DNA of 64,000 nt from the human T2T-CHM13v2.0 reference genome, Homo sapiens. Every line of letters begins with the position of its first letter. Within the stretch, counting starts at the first letter, position 1. The translations under genes and the position numbers were made by a program. This document shows, one piece after another, positions 43,148 to 57,625 of this stretch. A model generated the notes under the pieces. The model was not told where the DNA came from. It did not search any database and was given only the letters and a program-made list of their open reading frames with translations. The DNA is taken from assembly GCF_009914755.1 (NCBI RefSeq), contig NC_060925.1. One strand, written 5' to 3'.

Positions 43148-43347
43148 TAGCATGACGGCTATAGTTAATAATACTGTAATGCCTACAGGAAATTTGCTGA
43201 GAGAGCAGATTTCAAGTGCTTTCACCAAAAAAAAGGTAATGATGTAAAGGAATGGATATGTTAATTTGCTTTGCTGTCATAATCATTTCACTATATCAAA
43301 ATCTCATTTCATACTTTAAATATATACAATTTTTATTAAAAAGAAAA
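43148..43347 (+). mobile_element. L1MA(9/10)-like 3' end with TSD
   Basis: agcatgacggctatagttaataatactgta...gatatgttaatt...aatcatttcac. Perfect 11-bp TSD aaattgacatg (43137-43147 / 43348-43358). Confidence 0.8.
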
Positions 43348-43399
43348 AAATTGACATGAAAAGACTTCCATAATTCACTGTTCTATGAGTAGTTTACTA

Positions 43400-43610
43400 A
43401 AGTGCGTATGCAGCAAGATCTCATTTTAAGTTTATAAAAATCTATATGTATTCAGATATGCAAAGAAAATAGTCTGTAAGAGAAGACACCAACAGTATTA
43501 GTAGTTATCTCTGAAAAGCAGAATTATGGATAGTCTTTACTTTCTACTTTGCACTCTTTTGTATTTTCTAAATTTTTTTGCAGTAAGCATATACTGCTTT
43601 AATTATCAGG
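43400..43610 (+). mobile_element. L1ME-like 3' UTR fragment
   Basis: acaccaacagtattagtagttatctctg...gaattatgg...tgtattttctaaattt. Confidence 0.5.
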
Positions 43611-43652
43611 GTAACTGTAAGCCTAGTCTTAAAAAAACTCTTCCTTGTTTTA

Positions 43653-44225
<573 letters not shown>

Positions 44226-44599
44226 CTACTCTCGTCCCCTCCGCCCCACTTGGGCCATTATTTTAAGCATAGTGTATTTCCATGAGATGCAATTTTATGC
44301 AACCCTTAAAAAAAGTAAAATTAGAATTTTATTCCAAGATGTATGGAATGGAAATTCCTATTAGCATTTTCTACTTCCATTAAAAAGCAAATAAGCAAGC
44401 ACACAAAACAAATATAATTAGAATTATATTGTACATAAGTAAACAAATACCTGTGGGCATCTTTCCATATCATTACTTACTTTAAAAAATTTTAAGGGTT
44501 GCATAATATTTCATCTCATGGAAATGAGATATTGCATAATATGAAAAATTTTAAGGGTTGCATAACATTTATTTCATATTGCATAACATTTCATCCAAA

Positions 44600-44790
44600 T
44601 TATATTGTGCATAAGTATGCAAACATATATGTGCTGAAAATGGTTGGGAAATACACCAAAATATTAATAGAGGTTATTGCTGCATTAGCAAGTTATGAAA
44701 TTACAGGCAATTTTATATTTTGTAAATATTTTTGTTATATTTACTTAATTTCTATATTACTTTTATAATTAAAAAAATAAGTTTATAAAT
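44600..44790 (+). mobile_element. L1ME-like 3' UTR fragment
   Basis: aaatacaccaaaatattaatagaggttat...gaaattacaggcaatttt...attacttttataatt. Confidence 0.5.
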
Positions 44791-45639
44791 TTAAAAGCAA
44801 ATACAGTTTTTAAAAAGCTAAAAATAAATTAAGAAATAGCTGAGAAGAATAAAGAAATGAGACTCTGGTTCCTCAGAAACATTACAAATTCTTAGAAGGC
44901 CATATCACTTCTGTCAGGCCAGGGATTATACCATCAGACACCACCTACTTAAATACAATCAGTCAAGGAACCTAAAAGCTAGAGGGAAGCTTCTGATTTC
45001 ACCTGGTCAAGCCTCTTCCCTTCTGGCTGGCATCCACTGATCACACCAGGCCAGGTCTATTCTCCAAATAGTAGTTATCTAGGGAACAGCATTGTGGTAG
45101 TGAAAAAAACACTCGAGTACAAACCTGGAAAATGGGGTCTGAGACAAACATAAACCACTAACTTGCTGTGAATTTGGATAATTCAGTTACCCCTTGGTTC
45201 CCTTCTCTAGACAATGAGAGGTGGATTGAGGATCTCTAAGTCTTCTCCATACACTAACATACTCTTATCACCAAAGATAGCTGAAACATATTGCAGAAGC
45301 CACATCATTTAAAACCCCAAACCTAAGGTGTTCTAAGGTGATTCCAAGATGTATGCAAGGGAAGTTTCCGTTAGCTTTTTTCTACTTCCATTACAAAGCA
45401 AATAAACAAGCAAATAAAACAGACATTTCTTCGAATCAAGACTTTGTCCTCCCTTATATAGCAAAAATCCAAGAAAAGATGATGTCCTTCACCAAGTAGA
45501 TTGAATTACTTTTCATTATTTTAAACACTAACAGTTTCAATGTCACTGCTATTCTCTCTTGTCCACTATCCCTTTAATAACAACACTCCAAGGGTCAAGT
45601 TATGTCACAGACAGAAGGAAAATGTACACAAGCTTTTTG

Positions 45640-46061
45640 ATGAACCTATGCCAGAGATCCACCAAGGCTTTTCCTCTTTCTGGATACACAGTTAAACTAT
45701 ATTTTGCAGCTTCTTCCATCTGGGTGGTTCCTGAGGTCTAGTTCTTGCCAACGGAATGTGAGGTGAAATATGTCACTTCCAGGCCACGGCAGTTAATAAT
45801 AAGTGTGTTTTCTCTACATGCTTCTCCTCCCCAGCACATCTTCCAGGTGAGTCTAGCATGACAGTGAGGCCTCGCATTGAAGGTGGACCCATAGCATGAA
45901 AAGAGCCTGGGTCCCGGAAGGACTATGTGGAACACCCCTTTCCCCAAAATCAATTTGAATTGTATTGTGATGTGAATGAGAAAGAAACCTCTGAAATAAG
46001 CCACTGCAACTTTGGGGAACATTTGTTACAGTAGCTAGTATTTGCCTTCCCTGACAAATAC
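45640..46061 (+). mobile_element. MLT1-family MaLR LTR
   Basis: agttcttgccaacggaatgtgagg...cacttccaggcc...gagcctgggtccc...taagccactg...tttgttacagtagc...ctgacaaatac. Confidence 0.7.
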
Positions 46062-46210
46062 GGAGCCCCTCTGTCATGTGAACACGTATAAACCATACGT
46101 AGCATAGCCTTGTCAATATAGACCATACATCAGGTTGCCACACAAATTACTTTTGTTGAGGTGAGGATGGAAGAGGTGAGATTTATTGCCCTTTAAAAAA
46201 AAAACTGACG

Positions 46211-46510
46211 GGCCAGGCGCGGTGGCTCATGCCTGTAATCCCAGCACTTTGGGAGGCCGAGGCGGGCAGATCACGAGGTAAGGAGATCGAGACCATCCTG
46301 GCTAACACGGTGAAACCCTGTCTCCACTAAAAATACAAAAAACTTAGCCAGGCGTGGTGGCAGGCGCCTGTGGTCCCAGCTACTTGGGAGGCTGAAGCAG
46401 GAGAATGGCGTGAACCTGGGAGGCAGAGCTTGCACGGTGAGCTTAGATCGTGCCACTGCACTCCAGCCTGGGCAACAGAGCGAGACTCCGTCTCAAAAAA
46501 AAAAAAAAAA
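46211..46510 (+). mobile_element. AluY
   Basis: Y diagnostics gagaccatcctggctaacacgg and ggagaatggcgtgaacc; A-tail; TSD-like aaaaactgac / aaaacctgac. Confidence 0.96.
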
Positions 46511-47912
46511 CCTGACAAGTTTGCAGCCATAAAACGTTCAACAGAAATGATAATTTCTTGTCCAATATATACCAGCAAATGGCAAGATGCAAAAATAAGA
46601 ATAGATTTTTGTAGGCCAAGGGCCTACATCTCCAGGGTCAGTCTCATCCAAACCATTTTTAACAAACCTTACTCTTGGCATGCCCAGTATTCCTCCCCTG
46701 AGTCTCTTTTTCCCTACCTGTGTTTTTCTCAAAAACCCACTATGTAAAAAGGGCTGAGAAAATCCCTTATACTAAGGTACAAAAGACTAATGAGGGTAAA
46801 TGGATATCCTCTCTTCATAGGCATTTACATTCTAACAGAGGAGAAAACCTTGGGAAACCAACTTCCAACAGTGGAATTAAAAGTACCCATAGCCTGCATG
46901 GAGGAGATATTTTGGGAGGCAAAGGAGTGTTTTTGATGACTCAGAAATCAAACACCACATAAGCAGCCACCTACTCTCCACCTCCTCATAAGGAGGTCCC
47001 TGAAATCATCTTTCAAACAGTTCTACTCTGAAGCAGAACTTATTGCCCAGGGCAAAACTGCCTTGCCATTTTTTCCTTACTTGTATTCAGTTCAAAGCAA
47101 CATTTATGTAGAACCTAGTATGTACTCTTTGTGCTAATGCTATAGAGAAGAGATTAAAACGACAGTGTCTTTTTCTTCTTGTTCACTATTGTATCTCCAC
47201 CACCTGGAATATGGAATAGGGAGAAAAAGGAGGAAGAATCAAAAGCATAATAATAGTGAGAGATACAAGACATGATAACTGAAAATATATTTCTACCTAA
47301 TAATTGCAGAATTGGAGAGCTAAGAGGGAGCATAGAATTCACCTAGGCCAATTCCTCTGAGTTCAGCAATGTCTTCTAGACCACCTTTAAGAAATGGTCA
47401 TCCAGCCTCTCCTCGACCACTCCCACTCCTACTGCCTCTGAAGAGCAGACTTCTGTGGCAGTCATTCATAGAGATAAACTGCCATTGGGGGTCCCATCAT
47501 CTTTCTTACCTCCCTCTTACTTTGTCCTTTCTCCATCCTTCCTCAGTGGCCACCACAATCCATGCAATTACTACCCAAAAGCTATGCTATCCTCTAGCCA
47601 TACACTCAAATTGTTGCAAGCATCCCACATGGTGGAGGCACAACTGCACGACTGTGCCTGCTCAGACTGGTCCTTCAGTCCAGAATGCTCAGCATTCCTG
47701 TTTTGCATACTAGTGATTCTTCAGGCTTGTCACCAACTCCAACCAAGCACCAACTCCTCCATGTGTCCATAAGTATTCTATATCCATTATCACTTGAACA
47801 CATTGCCTTGCATTAATTTCCTGCACCTATTTCCCCAACTACATCAGGAACTATACCTTTCTGAAGGCAGAAGCCACTTGTTATTCATTTTAGAAGCCCC
47901 ATATATTCAACA

Positions 47913-48364
47913 TGTATTGTGTTGAACAATGTCCCCACAAAAATCCATGTCCTTCCTAGAACCTCAGAATGTGACCTCATTTGGAAATAGAATAATTGCA
48001 GGTATAGTTAGTTAAGATGAGGTCATACTGGAATAGGGTAGATCTTTAATCCAGTATTACTGGTGTCCTTATAAGAAGAGAAGAGATGGATACAGATGGA
48101 AAATATTATGTAACAGATGCAGATACAGGGACTGGAGTGATACAAATACAGATTAGAGGGATGTATCTTCAAGTTAAGGAATGCCAAAAATTGCCAGCAT
48201 CACTAGAGGCTAAGAGAAAGGCATGCAATAGATTCTCTCCATGGCCCTGCCAACACCTTGATTTTAGACTTCTAACCTCCAGAACTGTGAGAGAATAAAT
48301 TTCTGTCATATTAAGCCACCTAGTTTGTAGTAACATGCTACATCAGCCCTAGGGAATGAATACA
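47913..48364 (+). mobile_element. MLT1C-like MaLR solo LTR
   Basis: tgt...cctcagaatgtgacctcatttggaaatag...gatgaggtcatactgga...cctccagaactgtgagagaataaatttctg...aataca. Confidence 0.85.
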
Positions 48365-49313
48365 CCCACACAAGGTCTAGAGCACAGTGCCTTTGCAGAA
48401 AGGGTCTTGAATATTTTCTAAACTAAATTGAAGTTTGAATTATTATAAAATTCTTTCTTGTTATAAAGAGCCTCTGAAACAATAAAAAACAAGCATTTTT
48501 TCATTGTGTTATTTATCTATGTGTACATTGATACTCTATTACATGGTTGTTGTGTAAGTTCTCTTTGAATGCATTAGCAGCTGGAATTCTAGTTGTCTAA
48601 TGCATTTTAAGCTATTAATTTGAGATTTTTTTTCCTTACTTGCCTGAGTTCAGTAGATGAGATAAATAAAAAAGAATACTCCAAACATTTTTATTTTATT
48701 TTAGTACACTAAAAACATGAGACTTCTTGCATCAGAAAACATACCTCATTCCTTGGCTGTCAGAGCTTCTGCACACTGTGGAACCAGGGACTGGCCTACC
48801 AGGCACATATCACCACCAGCAATGCTGTCTCCATGACCAGTGGAACCACTGTATGTGATGTGCAATTCCAGGGTTGAGAACCAGCCTGTCAGGCAGCCCC
48901 AACCCCCAGAAAATCCACATCACTGCTTCCACTAACAACTGTAGTCTAGGCCACTGAGGCACTCACAGATACCAATGACATTGACTATAGCAAAAAAAAA
49001 AAAAAAATTTGGAGACTACACTCCTGCACTCACCCAGATTAAAGCCAAAGTACCCTACCCAACTGATGCTATAGGACATACTTACAGAAAAGAGTCCTTC
49101 CCTACAAAAGCCACTCCATAAAACTGAAAGAGGTAACAATTCTACCAGATGCACAGATATCAATGTAGGAACAAAGGAAACATGAAAAAGCAAGAATGCA
49201 TGACACCTCTAAAGGAACACAATAATTCTCCAGTAACAGACCCAAAAGTAAAGGAAATCTATAAAATGTCTAAAAAGGAATTCAAAACAACGCTCTTAAA
49301 GAAACTCAGTGAG

Positions 49314-52300
49314 GATTGACTGGAATTAAGATGGCAGATAGGAGGCAGGACTAGCTTGCAGCTCCCACTTGGATGGACAGAGCAGCATGTGGAGACTCAT
49401 GCTGTGAACTTTTGCTCCAAGAACTACTGCAGGAATATATCAGGAAAGCCAAGAGAATCCACAGACCCTTTGAAGGAACTTGATCACTGCTACAGGCTCC
49501 TTGATATGCCAAAAACCTGTGAGTCGGCTTGCTTTCTCAGTAGGGAGGCTCACGGCCTCAGTCAGGTTCTTAGCCCTGGTCACCTGCTGCCTGGAAATAG
49601 ACTCGGTGCTGTTGCGGGGGACATGGTGAGAGTGAGACCAGACTTTAGGACAGAGGGCTGCGTGGGAGCAGGGTGAAGCCTGTGACTGCCAGCTTTCCCC
49701 TACTTCCCTGGTGACCTGTATGACTCAGCACAGGCAGCCATCATCCCCACTGGGAATATAACTCCACTGGACTGGGAACCACACTCCCAACTCCCACAGC
49801 AACTGCAGCAAGCCCCACACAAAGAAAGACTGAACTCAGACATGCCTATCCCTGTCCCAAGCTGGTGGTCTTTCTCTACCAGCCCTGGTAACCAAAGGTC
49901 ATAATCTCTTGGGAGCCTATTGCACTGCCCACCACCTGAGAAACCTGAATACTTAACCAGGTGTCCCTAGTGCAAGTTTCTATCCTCCCTAAAGGACCAC
50001 AGCTGATGCACTCTTGAAAGTGCCATCTCCTGGCTGGAGGCCAACCAACACAAAAACAGCACACTCAATGAAAACACAACCTCACACCTGTAATCCCAAC
50101 ACTTTGGGAGGCCGAGGTGGGCGGATCACCTGAGGTCAGGAGTTCGAGACCAGCCTGGCCAACATGGTGAAACCCCATCTCTACTAAAAATACAAAATAT
50201 TAGCCAGTCATGGTGGCAAGTGCCTGTAATGCTGGCTACTCAGGAGGCTGAGGCAGGAGAATCACTTGAATCCAGGAGGTGGAGGTTGCAGTGAGCCAAG
50301 ATGGCAGCACCATTGCCCTCCAGCCTGGACAACAAGAGCAAAACTCCATCTAAACACACACACACACACACACACAAAACCAAGGACCTTCCGAGTCCAC
50401 TCCACTCCCCTGCTACCTCCACTGGAGCAGGCACTGGTATCCATGGCTGCAAGACCTGAAGATGGATCACATCACAGGACTCTTTGCCGACACTCCCCAG
50501 TATGATCCGGAGCCTCGTAGCTCCACTGGGTGGCCAGACCCAGAAGAGCAAAAACAATCCCTGCAGTTTGGCTCTCAGGAAGCTCCATTCCTAGGGGAAG
50601 GGGGAGAACACTCTATCAAGGGAGCACCCTGTGGGACAAAAGAATCTGAACAATAGCCCTTGAATCCCAGAACTTCCCTCTGATATAGTAAACCCAAATG
50701 AGAAGGAACCAGAAAAACAATTCTGGTAATATGACAAAACAAGCTTCTTTAACCCCCGCAAAAGATCATACCAGCTCACCAGCAACGGATCCAAACCGAG
50801 ACAAAACCTATGAAACGCCAGAAAAAGAATTCGGGAGGTTGATTATTAAGCTAATCAAGAAGGCACCAGAGAAAGGTGAAGTCCAACTTAAAGAAATCAA
50901 AAACATGATACAAGATATGAAGGGAGAATTCTTCAGTGAAATAGATAGCATAAATTAAAAAACAATCACAACTTCTGGAAATGAAAGACACACTTAGAGA
51001 AATGCAAAATGCACTGGAAAGTCTCAGGACAGAATTGAACAAGCAGAAGAAAGAACTTCAGAGCTTGAAGACAAGGCTTTCAAATTAACCCAATCCAACA
51101 AAAACAAAGAAAAAAGAATTTTAAAAAATGAACAAAGCCTCCAAGAAATTTGGGTTTATGTTAAACATCCAAACCTAAGAATAATTGGTATTCCTGGGGA
51201 AGAAGATAAATCTGGAAGTTTGGAAAACATATTTGAGGGAATAATCAAGAAAAACTTCCCCAGCCTTGCTAGAGATCTAGACATCCAAATAAAAGAAGCT
51301 CAAAAAACACCAAGAGGAGTCATTGGGAAAAGGTCATCGCCTAGGCACACAGTCATCTAAAGCCAAGACAAAGGAAAGAATCTTAAGACCTGTGAGGCAA
51401 AAGCATCAGGTAACCTATAAAGGAAAATCTATCAGATTAACAGCAGATTTCTCAGCAGAAACCCTACAAGCTAGAATGAACTAGGGTCCTATTTTTAGCC
51501 TCCTTAAACAAAACAATTAGCAGCCCAAAATTTTGTATCCAGCAAAACCAAACTTCATAAATGAAGGAAAGATGCAATCTTTTCCAGACAAACAAATGCT
51601 GAGAGAATTCACCACAACCAAGCCATCACTACAAGAACTGCTAAAAGGACCTCTAAATCTTGAAACAAATCCTTGAAGTACACCAAAATGGAACCTCCTT
51701 AAAGCATAAATCTCACAGGACATATATAACAGTAACACAATGAAAAAAAAGATATTCAGGCAACAAATACATGATGAATAGAATAATACCTCAAATATCA
51801 ATACTAACATTGAATGTAAATGGCCTAAAGGCTCCACTTAAAATATATAGAATGGCAGAATGGATAAGAATTCACCAACCAAGTTTCTGATGTCTTCAGG
51901 AGACTCACCTAACACACAGGGCCTCACATAAACTTAAGGTAAAGGGGTGGAAAAAGATATTCTATGAAAATGGACAACAAAAATGAGCAGGAGTGGCTAT
52001 TCTTATATCAGACAAAACAAACTTTAAAGAAACAGCAGCTAAAAAAAGACAAAGGGGGCACCACATAATGATAAAAGGCCTTGTCCAACAGGAAAATATG
52101 ACAATTCTAAATATATATGCACCTAAAACTGGATCTCCCAAATTTATAAAACAATTACTACTAGACCTAAGAAATGAGATAGATGGCAACACAATAATAG
52201 TGGGGGACTTTAATACTCCACAGACAACACTAGATAGGTCATCAAGACAGAAAGTCAACAAAGAAACAAACTTAAACTATATGCTACCACAAATAAACTT

Positions 52301-55300
52301 AACAGATATTTACAGAATATTCTACTCAACAACTGCAGAATACACATTCAGCACACGGAACATCAGCACATGGAACATTCTCCAAGATAGACCATATGAT
52401 AGGCCACAAAACAGGCCTCAGTAAAATTAAGAAAATCTAAATTACATAAAGTACTCTCTTAAACCACAGTGGAATAAAACTGGAAATGGACTCCAAAAGG
52501 AACCCTCAAAACAATCCAAATACATGGAAATTAAATAACCTACTCCAGAATGATCATTGGGTCAACAATGAAATCCAGAAGGAAATTTAAAAATTCTTTG
52601 AACCAAACAACAATAGTGAAACAACCTATCAAAACCTCTGGAATACAGCAAAAGCAGTGTTAAGAGGAAAGTTCATAGCCTTAAGTGTCTACGTCAAAAA
52701 GTCTGAAAGAGCACAAATAGACACCTTACAGAACTGCATAAACAAGAACAATTCAAACCCAAACCCAGCAGAAGAAAAGAAATAACAAAGATAGAGCAGA
52801 ACTAAATGAAACAAAAGAAAAAAGATGAAAAGAAAAGATGGTTCTTTGAAAAGATAGATAAAATTGATAGACCATTAACAAGATTAACCAAAAAAGAAAA
52901 GATCCAAATAAACTCAATTACAAACGAAACGAGAGATACTACAACTAATGCCACAGAAATACAAAAGATTATTCAAGGCTACAATGAAAACCTTTATGTG
53001 CATAAACTAGAACACCTAGAGGAGATGAATAAATTCCTGGAAATATGCAACCCTCCTAGATTTAACCAGGAAGATACAGAATCTCTGAAGAGATCAATAA
53101 CAAGTAGCGAGATTGAAATAATTTAAAAATTTCTGACAAGAAAAAGTCAAGGGCCAGATGGATCCACAGTTGAATTCTATCAGATATTCAGAGAAGAATT
53201 GGTATCAATCTACTGACACCATTCCAAAAGACAGAGAAAGAGGGAATCCTCCGTAAATCATTCTGTGAAGCCAGTATAACCCTACTACCAAAATCAGGGA
53301 AGGACATGACCAAAAAAGAAAACTACAGGCCAATATCCCTGATGAACATAGATTAAAAAATCCTTAACAAAATACTAGCAAACTGAATCCAACAGCATAT
53401 TAAAAAGATAAACCACCATGATCAAGTGGGTTTCATACCAGGGATGCAGGGATGGTTTAACATACACAAGTCAATAAATGTGATACACCACATAAACAGA
53501 ATTAAAAACAAAAATCACATGATTATCTCAATAGACACAGAAAAAGCATCTGACAAAATTCAGCATCGCTTTATGATTAAAACTCTCAGCAAAATCTGCA
53601 GAGAAGGAACACACCTTAAGGTAATAAAAGCCATCTATGACAAACCCACAGCCAACATCACACAGAACAGGGAAAAGTTGAACGCATTCCCTCATGAGAA
53701 CTGGAACAAGACAAGGTTGCCCACTTTCGCCACTTCTATTCAACACAGTACTGGAAGTCCTAGCCACAGCAATCAGACAAGAGAGAAATCAAGGGCATCC
53801 GAATCAATACAGAGGGACTCAAACTGTCACTGTTTGCTGATGATATAATTGTTTACCTAGAAAACCCTAAAGACTCATCCAAAAAGCTCCTAGAACTGAT
53901 AAAAGAATTCAGCAAAGTTTCCAGATACAAAATTAATGTACACAAATCAGTAGCTCTTTTATTCACCAACAGCAACCAAGCTGAGAATTAAATCAAGAAC
54001 TGAATCCCTTTCACAATAGCTGCAAAAAATAAAGTAAAATACATAGGAATATACCTAACCAAGGAGGTGAAAGTCCTCTACAATGAAAACTACAAAACAC
54101 TGCTGAAAGAAATCATAGACCACACAAACAAATGGAAACACAGCCCATGCTCATGGATGGGTAGAACCAATATCATGAAAATGACCACGCTGTCAAAAAC
54201 AATCTACAAAGTCAATGCAATTCCCATCAAAATACCACCATCATTCTTCACAGAACTAGAAAAAACAATCCTAAAATTCTTATGGAATCAAGAGAGAGCC
54301 CACATAGCCAAAGCAAGACTAAGCAAAAAGAACAAATCTGGAGGCATCAGATTAATTACCTAACTGCAAACTATATTATAAGGCCATCGTCACCAAAACA
54401 GCATAGTACTGGTATAAAAATAAGCACATAGACCAATGGAATAGAATAAGGAACCCAGAAATAAACCCAAATACTTACAGCCAACTGATTTTTGACATAG
54501 CAAACAAAAAATAAAGTGGGGAAAAGACACTGATTCAACAAATGGTGCTGGGATAACTGGCAAGCCACATGTAGAAGAATAAAACAGAATCCTCATCTCT
54601 CACCTTATACAAAAATCAACTCAAGATGGATTAAAGACTTAAATCTAAGACCCAAAACCATAAAGAGTCTAGAAGATAACATTGGAAAAAACCCTTCTAG
54701 ACATTGACTTAGGCAAAGACTTCATGACCAAGAACCCAAAAGCAAATGCAATAAAAACAAAGATAAATAGGTGGGACTTAATTAAACTAAAAAGCTTCTG
54801 CACAGCAAAAGAAATAAGCAGCAGAGTTAATAGACAACCCACAGAGTGGGAGAAAATCTTCACAATCTATACATCTGACAGAGGACTAATATCCAGAATC
54901 AACAAAGAACTCAAATCAGCAAGAAAAAACAAACAATCCCATCAAAAAGTGGGCTAAGGACATGAATAGACAATTCTCAAAAGAAAATATACAAATGGCC
55001 AACAAGCATATGGAAAAATGCTAAACATTACTAATTATCAGGGAAACCACAATGTGTACTTCACTCCTACAAGAATGGCCATAATCAAAAAGTCAAAAAT
55101 AATAGATATTGGCAGGGGTACAGTGAAAAGGGAACACTTTTACACTGTTGATGAGACTGTAAACTAGTACAACCAGTATGGAAAACAGTGTGGAGACTTC
55201 TTAAAGAACTAAAAGTAGATCTACCATTTGATCCAGCAATCCCACTACTAGGTATCTACCCAGAGGAAAAGAAGTCATTATACGAAAAAGATACTTGCAC

Positions 55301-55776
55301 ACACATATTTATTGCAGCACAATTTGCAATTGCAAAAATATGGAACCGGCCCAAATGTGCGTCAATCAACAAGTGGATAAAGAAAATGTGGTGAATATAT
55401 ATACCGTGGAATACTACTCAGCTATAAAAAAGAATAAAATACTGGCATTCACAGCAACCTGGATGGAATTGGAGACTATTATTCTAAATGAAGTTACTCA
55501 AGAATGGACAAACAAACATTGTATGTTCTCACTCACATGTGGGAGCTAAACTATGAGGACGCAAAGGCATAAGAATGATACATTGGACTTTGGGGACTCG
55601 GGGGAAAGGGTGAGGGTGGTAAGGGATAAAAGACTATACATTGGGTACAGTGTCCACTGCTCTGGTGATGGGTGCATCAAAATCTCAGAAATCACCACTA
55701 AATAACTTCATGTAACCAAACAACAACTGTTCCCCAGAAACCTAATAAAATTAAATTTAATTTAATTTAAAAATAA
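49314..55776 (+). mobile_element. Full-length L1PB1-like LINE-1 nested in ORF1 of the L1MA4
   Basis: 5' aagatggcagataggaggcaggactag; ORF1 from 50698, ORF2 from ~51771 to 55549 (disrupted); L1PB 3' UTR. TSD aaagaaactcagtgag (49298-49313) / aaataaactcagcgag (55777-55792) at a ctt|aaag site. Confidence 0.9.
50081..50376 (+). mobile_element. AluSq-like, slightly 5'-truncated, with tail converted to (CA)n
   Basis: Starts ctcacacctgtaatccc; Sq-type acaacaagagcaaaactcc; CA repeat at 50354-50376. Confidence 0.9.
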
Positions 55777-57179
55777 AAATAAACTCAGCGAGATATAAAA
55801 GAATACAGATATACAATTCAGCAAAAATCAGAAAAACAACTCATGACCTAAATGAGAAATTCAACAAAGAGATAGATATCATAAAAGAGAAAAAAACAGA
55901 AATCTTGGAGGTGAAGTCAGTGAACGAAATAAAAAAAAAAAACAATCCAGGGTGTCAACAACAGACTAGTTCAAGGAGAAGAAACAATTTCTGAACTTGA
56001 GACAAGCCTCTTGAAGTAACCCAGAAGACAAAGTAATAAAAAATAATGAAGAAAGTCTATGGGACACCATTAAGTTAATAAATTTTTACATTATGTAAAT
56101 TCAAGAAGGTGAAAAGACAGTAAAAGGAACAGAAAACCCACTTAATGAAATAATAGCTGGAAACTTCCCATATCTTGGGAGAGATATGGACATCCACCCA
56201 GATCCAGGAAGTTTGAAGGTCCCCAAATAGATTCAACCTAATAAGGGTTATCTATGAGGCACATTATAGTCAAACTGTTAGAAGTCAAAGATAGAATTCT
56301 AAAAACAGCAAGAGAAAAAGCTTCAAGTCACATATGAGGGAACTGCTCTTTCTTATGAGAAATGCTTAACAGAGTCCAATATCTAGAAATGAAAGGATGA
56401 TAACTACTACCACAAAAACATATGAAAGTATAAACCTCACTGGCTGGGCAGATATACAAATGAGAATGAAAAAGAAATTAAACCTTGTCACTACAGAAAA
56501 CCACCAAACCAAAAAGATAAACACTAAAAGAGGAAACAAAGAATATCCAAATCACCAGAAAACAACAAACAAAATGACAGGAGTAAGTACTGACCTATCA
56601 ATAATAACCTTTAATGTAAATGTATTATATTCCCCCAATTAAAAGATACACATTGGATGAATGAATAAAAAACCAAGACCCAACTACATGCTACCTAAAA
56701 GAAACTCACTTCACCTGTAAAAACACACAGACTGAAAAAGAAGGAATGGAAAAAAAATATTCCATGCAAACAGAAACCAAAACCAAGCAGGAGTAGCACA
56801 CTTATGTCAGATAAAATAAACTTTAAGCCAAAAACTGTAAAAAGAGACCAAGAAGTTCATTATATAATGAGCAAAGAATCAATTTAGCAAGACAATATAA
56901 TAACTGTAAATATATATGAACCCAACACTGGAGCTCTCAGATATATAAAGCAAATATTATTAGATCTAAAGGAAAAGATAGACCCCAATAAAATACTAGT
57001 TGGTGACTCCAACATCCCACTCTCAGCATTATATTTAATTTTAGATCACTTAGACAGAAAATCAACAAAGAAACATCAGATTTAAACTGTACTACAGACG
57101 TCATAGACATTTACCCACATTTCATCCAACAGCTGCAGAATACATATTTCTGTTATCAGCAAAAGGATCATTGTCCAGG

Positions 57180-57625
57180 ATAGCAAAGACTTGGAACCAA
57201 TCCAAATGTCCAACAATGATAGACTGGATTAAGAAAATGTGGCACATATACACCATGGAATACTATGCAGCCATAAAAAAGGATGAGTTCATGTCCTTTG
57301 TAGGGACATGGATGAAATTGGAAAACATCATTCTCAGTAAACTATCGCAAGAACAAAAAACCAAACACCACATATTCTCACTCATAGGTGGGAATTGAAC
57401 AATGAGAACACATGGACACAGCAAGGGGAACATCAAACTCTGGGGACTGTTGTGGGGTGGGGGGAGCGGGGAGGGATAGCTTTCGGAGATATATCTAATG
57501 CTAAATGATGAGTTAATGGGTGCAGCACACCAGCATGGCACATGTATACATATGTAACTAACCTGCACATTGTGAACATGTACCCTAAAACTTAAAGTAT
57601 AATAATAATAAAATTTAAAAAAAAA
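57180..57625 (+). mobile_element. L1PA3-like 3' fragment inserted into the L1MA4 ORF2
   Basis: attctcagtaaactatcgcaagaacaaaaaacc, gctaaatgatgag, actaacctgcacattgtg, taccctaaaacttaaagtataataat plus A-tail. No TSD. Confidence 0.9.
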
